Source of the DNA: Patescibacteria group bacterium
GTDB taxonomy: Bacteria; Patescibacteriota; Microgenomatia; UBA10105; UBA927
Direction of reading: 5' to 3'
Assembly: GCA_038063875.1 (NCBI GenBank)
Contig: JBBTUH010000025.1
Location: 1-56,254, forward strand
Length of the DNA: 56,254 bases
Shown here: piece after piece, positions 50,007 to 56,254 of the stretch
How the letters are laid out: each line of letters opens with the position of its first letter
Numbering within the stretch: the first letter of the stretch is position 1
The notes under the pieces: generated by a model
Databases searched by the model: none
What the model was told of the DNA's origin: nothing
What the model saw: the letters and a program-made list of their open reading frames with translations, nothing else
Program-made: the position numbers and the translations under genes

Positions 50007-51875
50007 TTATCTAATCTTCGCTCCAACCGTCATCCCCTCTGCGGATATAAATTGTGGTTTCTTATCAGGTCCGTCTACCGCCATAATCATACCTTGTGAA
50101 TATTCATCCATCATTTTTCGATACGCAAGATTAGTGATAAAGAAAAATTGTTTATTCAAAAAATCTTCAGGTGTATATCCGTATCCACGAACCCCAGTAA
50201 AAATTGTCCTCAACCCTGAGCCTGTCGAAGGGTCTATGACTCCAAAATCCACAACTAATCGTATCAACTTCTCACTCCCCTCTTTATTTGTAGCTTCTAA
50301 TACTTTTCCAACACGAACCTCCACCCTTGCAAAATCATCAATCGTTATCGTGTTCTGCAAGGGGGCCCCTTGCAGACTATATTTCGTCGTGAGCCCTATA
50401 GCATCACGCACTGACACCATAGTCTTGGTCGCGATTACCATTGCCCCCGATTGTCCTTTTTGCAATATTTGCTTCACCAATGCTGGATTATTTTGTAACT
50501 CATCGTACGCTGCACGAGCAGGAGCAAAAAACGTCATCAGCGATTCAAATAAATATTCTTTTACTTCGACATCACCAACTTTTCCTTGCGTGTAGAGATT
50601 TTTTAAACTCTCTACTTTACTTTTCTCACCGAAGAAATCTAGATATACAAACACCATGTTCCCCTCAATGTGTCCCTGATCAGTTGCGTGTTTACGTGTC
50701 GGATCGGTATAGATCCCCATCACTTGTTTTCGTATCACCTCTTCAGACTCAAACATCGAAACCACGTTCCCAAGGCTTTTACTCATCTTTCGTTGTCCAT
50801 CTGTGCCGAGCACTGACTCTACTTCTTCTGGAATAAACGGCTCTGGCAATTTAAATACCTGTTTTTTAAAAATTTTATTAAACCGTTCTGCGATATCACG
50901 AGTAATTTCTATATGCTGCTTTTGATCTTTCCCGACCGGTACGAAATCCGGTTGATACAAAAGGATGTCTGCCGCCATCAACATGGGATAACTAAAAAGC
51001 CCAACATTTATATCATCCTCCATCACATCTTTTTGTAATTTATCTTTGTACGCATGTGCGCGTTTAAGTAATCCTAATGGAGTCACGTTATTTAATATCG
51101 ACTGACACTCGGTGTGCATGGGCACATCAGATTGACGAAAAAATATAATCTTTTCAAACTCTTCTTTCGTTAAAAATCCTTTAAGAAGCGCCAACTCATT
51201 GAGAATTAATGTTTCGATATTATGCTGCAACTGTTTTTTATCTTGAATCGTCGTAAGCCCATGAAGATCAGCAACCATCAAATATGTCTCATTCGTTTTT
51301 GCCATCTCAATAAACTGCCGTACGGCACCTAAATAGTTGCCGATATGCAGACTTCCGTCGCCTGATGGTGTAATTCCTGAAACGATACGTTTACCAATTG
51401 GTAAAACTTTTTTTCCAAAAGAAGTAAAATCGCCAACTTCTCCATTATTCACATTCAATAAATCAGATGCATTCATTGACATGCCTACTCTTTTGTCCGC
51501 TGCGATTCCATACACCTTTCCAAGAGAGAACACTTTCTCGTCAACATAGTATGGAATATCCAGCCCGAGATACGGAACTAACCCCGATTCAGCTCCTAAC
51601 GATTTCAAATCTTCTTTTGAAGCAAACACTAATTGTTTCAAATTAGAAACCTTCTTAAGCTTTTCTTCATCTATCTGTGTATCTGCGCGTTTCGTTGCTG
51701 CAACTATCCCCTTTTCTGTACGATACAAAATCGTAACCATTGCGTTGGCCATCTTGATTCCATGAAACACAGCGTGCGACGCCACGTCCGGCGGCAAATC
51801 TTCCGACAACGGAATAAATTTATAATCTACTTTTTTTTCTTTCAATATTTTTTCAATTTTATCTTTTAGATTCAT
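50007..51875 (-). CDS. trpS: Bacterial-type tryptophanyl-tRNA synthetase fused to N-terminal YbaK/ProX-like and C-terminal tRNA-binding OB domains
   Basis: SGITPSG, HIGNY, YPMLMAADIL, VGKDQ.QH, KMSKS; N-terminal G.VP/YVDE; C-terminal IDDFA.VEVRVGKV...SQGMI. Confidence 0.93.
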   Translation of the reverse strand: MNLKDKIEKILKEKKVDYKFIPLSEDLPPDVASHAVFHGIKMANAMVTILYRTEKGIVAATKRADTQIDEEKLKKVSNLKQLVFASKEDLKSLGAESGLVPYLGLDIPYYVDEKVFSLGKVYGIAADKRVGMSMNASDLLNVNNGEVGDFTSFGKKVLPIGKRIVSGITPSGDGSLHIGNYLGAVRQFIEMAKTNETYLMVADLHGLTTIQDKKQLQHNIETLILNELALLKGFLTKEEFEKIIFFRQSDVPMHTECQSILNNVTPLGLLKRAHAYKDKLQKDVMEDDINVGLFSYPMLMAADILLYQPDFVPVGKDQKQHIEITRDIAERFNKIFKKQVFKLPEPFIPEEVESVLGTDGQRKMSKSLGNVVSMFESEEVIRKQVMGIYTDPTRKHATDQGHIEGNMVFVYLDFFGEKSKVESLKNLYTQGKVGDVEVKEYLFESLMTFFAPARAAYDELQNNPALVKQILQKGQSGAMVIATKTMVSVRDAIGLTTKYSLQGAPLQNTITIDDFARVEVRVGKVLEATNKEGSEKLIRLVVDFGVIDPSTGSGLRTIFTGVRGYGYTPEDFLNKQFFFITNLAYRKMMDEYSQGMIMAVDGPDKKPQFISAEGMTVGAKIR

Positions 51876-51933
51876 AGGTCTACCTTTCTATAATACCGTT
51901 TTAATATGCTCTCGGCGAGTATCGAAAAACGTA

Positions 51934-52416
51934 TCACCACAACCATCCGTCGCCAGATGGCCCTTTTGGATTACGATAATATCCATATTCAATAATCTTT
52001 TTTGCAATATTAATAACAAAAGCAAAGCTAAAATCTATATTCCCTTCTTCTCCTTCTGGTTTTGGTACATAAACAAATTCAATACCGCTTTTATGATATA
52101 TATCTTGCGTTGCTTCCCAGTGACTCAACGACCCGCCAATAATTCCCGTACCTCGATCTCTTTTTGCTATTGGCAACTCATTAAGCAGCGCTTGGAAGGG
52201 CGGGTCATGAAGCACAAATAATCCCTTTTTCGTTCTACCGACTCCTGCCAAACAATTTGATGCATTGTCTGTCATAATAGTTGCTTTGGGATATCGTTCG
52301 GGTCTAAATAATTGCCTATGTCTAGTCCCTAAGTGATACGACTGCTCTCCTATTGCCTCAATTTGCTTTTTATTAAACTCGATGTGTCGCAACAAATATT
52401 CACCTAGTTTCTTCAT
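51934..52416 (-). CDS. Hypothetical protein, possible CheD/NTAN1-like Cys-His fold
   Basis: TDNASNC...LHDPP...IIGG; 4-nt overlap with the upstream TrpRS. Confidence 0.6.
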   Translation of the reverse strand: MKKLGEYLLRHIEFNKKQIEAIGEQSYHLGTRHRQLFRPERYPKATIMTDNASNCLAGVGRTKKGLFVLHDPPFQALLNELPIAKRDRGTGIIGGSLSHWEATQDIYHKSGIEFVYVPKPEGEEGNIDFSFAFVINIAKKIIEYGYYRNPKGPSGDGWLW

Positions 52417-53504
52417 ACAACACTCCTATTCCTTTGTTGTTCGTCTACCAATCCGACAATAAAATCAGCAGTAATATTTTTTAATTCACTTGTCGTCATG
52501 CGACCAGTGATGTATTCATTTCTCATTTTTTCAACAAATCCATCATCAGGATGATGATTTTGAAGTAGCGAAAACACCGAACATATTTCTGGAATCCCGC
52601 CAAATTTTCTATGGTCTTCAAGCGAACTCACAGCACCCGTATACGCTCTATTGATCTTTTTTCTGATCACTTCTTCGGTATCACTCAAATAAATTGCGGT
52701 ATTGGGTTTGGATCCAGACATTTTTTGCTCGGGATCCATGAGGCTTGGCTGAAACTTTACGACGAGTTCACTCGGTGGGATCATGCCAAGTTTTTTTGCA
52801 ACATCGCGGGCGAGGAGTATGTATGGATGCTGATCGATACCCACAGGAATAAGTGTTGGTTTAGGTCCACCAAATTCCGGGAGCTGCGGCAAAAGAATTT
52901 GCGCAAGTTGCACCACCCCGCGATAAAATATCTGCCCTACGTTTACGAGCGACTCTTTGCCAAACACCGCCTCTACCATATCGTAGGTGACGAGTCTGCT
53001 TATACTCATTGCAAATCGATAAATGATCGGCGTTTCTGTAATAAGATATATATTCGTTTTCTCCGGAATAAATCCAAACGCGTTAATATCCGGCAAAATC
53101 TGCTCCATCGCTATTTTCTTACTTGCCTCTATAGATTCGGCTTTCCCATCAATATACGACTCATCATTGGTCAGCGGTATTTGCACATCTGCGCCAAGCT
53201 TTTGGAGGTCAATGAGCACATCAAAAAGCGCTTTGTGACCCAGGTGTAAAGGTGATGAGGGGTTAAGCCCAGATACGACGGTGAATGGCTTGTGCCGCAC
53301 AATGCACTCAATAATTGGCTCTATATCAAGATGTGCAAATGCAAACCCCCGCCGAATCGAGCGGAAAATATATTCATCTGGCAAATACGCCTTCACGCGG
53401 TCAAGGCTTGATAATCCATTTTTCTGCGCTTCCTTCTTATAGTACGAGCGGAGCTTTTGCGCTATTTGTGTCTTTTGTTGATATTCTTCAGAATAGTGTT
53501 TCAT
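52413..53504 (-). CDS. Archaeal-type tryptophanyl-tRNA synthetase
   Basis: RRG.AFAH.D, SGLNPS..LHLGH, GIDQHPY..LARD, KMSGS, A.TG..S.EDHRKFGG. Confidence 0.92.
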   Translation of the reverse strand: MKHYSEEYQQKTQIAQKLRSYYKKEAQKNGLSSLDRVKAYLPDEYIFRSIRRGFAFAHLDIEPIIECIVRHKPFTVVSGLNPSSPLHLGHKALFDVLIDLQKLGADVQIPLTNDESYIDGKAESIEASKKIAMEQILPDINAFGFIPEKTNIYLITETPIIYRFAMSISRLVTYDMVEAVFGKESLVNVGQIFYRGVVQLAQILLPQLPEFGGPKPTLIPVGIDQHPYILLARDVAKKLGMIPPSELVVKFQPSLMDPEQKMSGSKPNTAIYLSDTEEVIRKKINRAYTGAVSSLEDHRKFGGIPEICSVFSLLQNHHPDDGFVEKMRNEYITGRMTTSELKNITADFIVGLVDEQQRNRSVV

Positions 53505-54339
53505 ACGTTGTCTCCTTTCTAAAATGCTGTGCCAATCTCAAAATATTCTCTACATCCCCTACTGGATCGGGTAAACCTGTTTGTTTTGGCATAAAAGATA
53601 TCTTGATAAGTTCTTGCGTGCGTTCAAAGGATGTTTTCCCTAAAATAATCCGGTGATCTTGTAATTTATTACTCCCTGCTTTATATGGAGTGAGACCAAA
53701 CCTTTCTATTTCGGGGTGTTGGAGAAAATACAAAAAATCCATTCCCAATGGATACGTTGGCGTTAAATAAATACTCTTGTAACATTCTCTTTTCAATTCT
53801 TTCGCAACAAGTTGAGCTGCTTCATCATAAAACCGCTCTCGCGGTGGCCCGACTTTTAGATCGAATGAGAGTGACGTTGCAATAGCTTCTACAGCATATT
53901 TGTACGTGGATTTATCTTCTTGTTTGATACGATTTTGCAACACCGTTTTTTGAAGCATTGTTTGAATTTTTGGCGACTGTATCACAACATCCTGCATTTG
54001 TTTAATCAGCTCTTGCACATGAGGCTCCTTAAACAACTCACTCATCAACGTCACGTGTATCGGAAGATGATATGTTTGAATAATTTCCTGTATATGACTC
54101 AGGCGCTTCTTGCCTTCATCAAAAATCGTTTGTGTATCCCCCGAAGACTGATTAATTGCAGACGCGGTATCCGCAATGAGAATAGTTGAATCAGGAAATA
54201 ACCCCACAAACAAATAATATTTCAAAGAATCTATCGTGATTCCCAACAGGTCATACGTTTCCCCATACAGAATTTTTACGTTGTCTTTGTTGAACACGTC
54301 AAACACCTCCCGTTTTGAAGGGAAGTAGCTATGAATCAT
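53488..54339 (-). CDS. Class I aaRS-like accessory protein with degenerate motifs
   Basis: ILYGET, ILIAD, KVGP..E, PYKAGS at spacings like class Ic synthetases; overlaps the TrpRS start. Confidence 0.75.
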   Translation of the reverse strand: MIHSYFPSKREVFDVFNKDNVKILYGETYDLLGITIDSLKYYLFVGLFPDSTILIADTASAINQSSGDTQTIFDEGKKRLSHIQEIIQTYHLPIHVTLMSELFKEPHVQELIKQMQDVVIQSPKIQTMLQKTVLQNRIKQEDKSTYKYAVEAIATSLSFDLKVGPPRERFYDEAAQLVAKELKRECYKSIYLTPTYPLGMDFLYFLQHPEIERFGLTPYKAGSNKLQDHRIILGKTSFERTQELIKISFMPKQTGLPDPVGDVENILRLAQHFRKETTYETLF

Positions 54340-54369
54340 GTTGTTATATTTTTTTAATATCTTCATAGG

Positions 54370-54440
54370 TGGGATCATCAGGATTCGAACCTGAACAAAG
54401 TGTTCTGGAGACACTTGTGCTACCGTTACACCATGAACCC
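54370..54440 (-). tRNA. tRNA-Trp(CCA) with G1-C72, A73 and G37
   Basis: GGGTTCA/TGATCCC acceptor (U4-U69 mismatch), AGTGT-CT-CCA-GA-ACACT, GTTCGAATC. Confidence 0.95.
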
Positions 54441-54777
54441 AAAATTTCTTTCTCGGCTTTCGCCGAGTGTTTAATGCCAGAGACCAAATGTTCCAACATT
54501 ATTCGCAAATCTCTGCCTATCTTTTTCTTGCACTCGCATTGATCTTTCAAATAACTTTGGTACGATTCTCAAATATCGAAAGAATTTATTAACCTTCTTA
54601 TTTTTAGTATCTTTAGCTTATACTGTTTTCATATTTTCACCTCCTTTCAAATTTCGCACTATCCCACACCGTGCTTTTCTCCTCCCGAGGGCTACGTCCT
54701 CGCGTCGGAGGGGCGCAGGTAGCGGGATTGATGGTTTCTAATCTCGCGAATAAGAATTCGCTCAATAAGTGACCATC

Positions 54778-55050
54778 AAAAAAGCCCTTGCAAACCCATG
54801 AGATGAAACTCATGAATCTGCAAGGGCTCTCAGAAGAGAACGGTACCACCTTGCTTATCGCTTACAAAAAATCCTCCGAAATGGAGGAGTATGTAAGAAA
54901 TATCTTTACATGCTCCGCTTATGGCGACACATGGTGCTATATTTTTACAGTTTAGCTTCTGGACTTGATTTAAGAGTCAGCTACCTCAGAACAATTAATA
55001 GGAATTAATTTTCTGAGTAGACCCGGTTCCAACCCTCCGGATCAACGCTT
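54778..55050 (-). promoter_or_regulatory. T-box riboswitch with intrinsic terminator
   Basis: AAGCAAGGTGGTACCG (54841-54856) pairs with CCCTTGC; competing terminator AGCCCTTGCA/TGCAAGGGCT plus T-tract; short 5' hairpin with TGG in the loop; TGGTATACT promoter at 55071-55079. Confidence 0.8.
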
Positions 55051-55085
55051 TTATTTACTTGTGAATACGTAGTATACCATATGTG

Positions 55086-55481
55086 TCAAATTTCGTTGTC
55101 AAAACCGTATATTCTGACTCCTGGAAGTTTTTCGAAATGCTTTTTGTTCAATGTCACTATTTCTGCCCCGAGAGTGATTGCGGTTGCCGCGATAATATAA
55201 TCTGGAAACTCCAGGTGTTGTATTCCATTTCTATATATCTCTCCTGCACGTTTTGCTATTTTCCATGTCACATCAACTACATCAAAATATGAAAGAAGCT
55301 CCTGCATGGCTTTTTGTTGATCTTCATTTTTTGAACTTTTTCCGGCAAATAACTCAAATCCTACGACCGAAGAGACATATAATTCGTGCTCAGATTTTTC
55401 AAAAGACTTCATCAGGGCGATCCCTTTAGGCTGAAGCCGTAATGCGTCAATAAAAATGTTCGTATCAAACACCAGTTTCAT
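55086..55481 (-). CDS. vapC: VapC-family PIN domain toxin
   Basis: FDTNIFID, FELFAG, DYIIAATA, TLNKKHF. Confidence 0.93.
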   Translation of the reverse strand: MKLVFDTNIFIDALRLQPKGIALMKSFEKSEHELYVSSVVGFELFAGKSSKNEDQQKAMQELLSYFDVVDVTWKIAKRAGEIYRNGIQHLEFPDYIIAATAITLGAEIVTLNKKHFEKLPGVRIYGFDNEI

Positions 55482-55744
55482 GATATTTCTCTTTGTTCCA
55501 AAAACCTCATTGCTCCCTTTTTTCTTAACGGGTTATCATTTTTCGAATACGTATACCCTTTCGCTGCTTTATACAAGGCTTTTGTTAACCCTTTATATTT
55601 CATATCTGACATACCCGCTGGCTGCATTTGGGCAACTGTTTTGTTATCTTTTTCAATCACTACCAACATGCCAGCTGCCACCTTATCAAGCAGTTCAAAA
55701 AAATTATTCCGTGCGGCGGTTGCCGATACTCGTATAGTATTCAT
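55478..55744 (-). CDS. Phd/YefM antitoxin
   Basis: SATAARNNFFELLD.V. Confidence 0.9.
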   Translation of the reverse strand: MNTIRVSATAARNNFFELLDKVAAGMLVVIEKDNKTVAQMQPAGMSDMKYKGLTKALYKAAKGYTYSKNDNPLRKKGAMRFLEQREIS

Positions 55745-55777
55745 ATACGCTCATATTAGACCTCAATGTACATCTTG

Positions 55778-56131
55778 TCAATAGACATTCTCGTAATGTG
55801 TCAATCTTTTTATACCGTTTTCCTCATCCAACACAATGGCGACTACGTCGATGCGGCACTGCCGTAACTCTCCCTTCATATACATCGTGGCCATATTGCG
55901 AACTCGTTGGAGTTTTCCTGAATTAATCATTTCTTCCGGTATTCCAAAATCACTGCCGATTTTTGTTTTTACTTCTACAAAAACCAAAATATGTTTATCT
56001 CGCGCAATAATATCTATTTCACCAAATTTATTGGAAAAATTCTGCTCGAGAATGATATACCCCTTTTTCTCTAAATAGGTAGCTGCATACCCCTCTCCCG
56101 CTCTACCTGTCTGACGATTAAACTGTTTCAT
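55778..56131 (-). CDS. yraN: YraN family (UPF0102) endonuclease-like protein
   Basis: G..GE..A..YL, GEIDII, FVEVKT, RIDVVAI. Confidence 0.93.
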   Translation of the reverse strand: MKQFNRQTGRAGEGYAATYLEKKGYIILEQNFSNKFGEIDIIARDKHILVFVEVKTKIGSDFGIPEEMINSGKLQRVRNMATMYMKGELRQCRIDVVAIVLDEENGIKRLTHYENVY

Positions 56132-56140
56132 AATTGGTGA

Positions 56141-56203
56141 GTTCAAATTTTCTGCACGGAGCCGGACCCCGCTTGCGGGAGTCGAGTACAGAAAAATTTG
56201 AAC
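56141..56203. repeat. Intergenic hairpin element
   Basis: gttcaaattttctg...cagaaaaatttgaac with a GC-rich inner hairpin. Confidence 0.55.
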
Positions 56204-56219
56204 GAGCCGTGTAAATAAT

Positions 56220-56254
56220 TCAAGTCAGCTGTTTATACTGCAATGCTTCTGCCA
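56220..56254 (-). CDS. 3' end of a probable YifB/ComM Mg-chelatase-like ATPase (partial)
   Basis: AEALQYKQLT* matches the family C-terminus; yraN is a common neighbour. Only 11 codons are visible. Confidence 0.55.
   Translation of the reverse strand, partial: AEALQYKQLT

Noticed and set aside
54344-54849. ORFs 54344-54550 and 54637-54849, and the N-terminal extension of 53488-54414
   Set aside because: They overlap tRNA-Trp or the T-box terminator.
7387-55744. Integron cassette array for the TA modules
   Set aside because: No integron integrase and no repeated attC-like site; modules are separated by housekeeping genes.
4040-56078. Numerous plus-strand ORFs antisense to assigned genes
   Set aside because: Shadow frames of well-supported minus-strand genes with no motifs of their own.

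Overview
AT-rich bacterial chromosome segment, almost all coded on the minus strand. Gene content suggests a Patescibacteria/CPR genome, probably Microgenomates (inference: intron-bearing 23S unlinked from 16S, archaeal-type DNA ligase, UMP kinase and TrpRS, apparent leaderless promoters). Layout: (1) 1-3540, the 5' ~80% of a 23S rRNA gene with an L1931 group I intron encoding a LAGLIDADG endonuclease, preceded by tRNA-Ala but no 16S. (2) ~3.5-22 kb, a co-oriented array of uncharacterised amphipathic/glycine-rich proteins alternating with paralogous ~95-105 aa acidic helical proteins, plus an ABC-exporter-like ATPase with an unusually polar membrane domain. Many of these share a short terminal motif (hydrophobic-hydrophobic-x-G-x-[AG]-x-P). 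This is the best candidate for an undescribed system. (3) 23-49 kb, housekeeping and redox genes (gdh, trxAB, VKOR/DsbA, pth, ligase, recF, pyrH, ftsH). (4) 50-55 kb, a T-box-led Trp module: archaeal-identity tRNA-Trp, an aaRS-like ORF, an archaeal-type TrpRS and a multidomain bacterial TrpRS. Twelve toxin-antitoxin cassettes and many short palindromic elements (several in frame inside enzymes, some nested) are scattered throughout. All calls are by eye; no searches were run. Several start codons were moved from the supplied ORF track.
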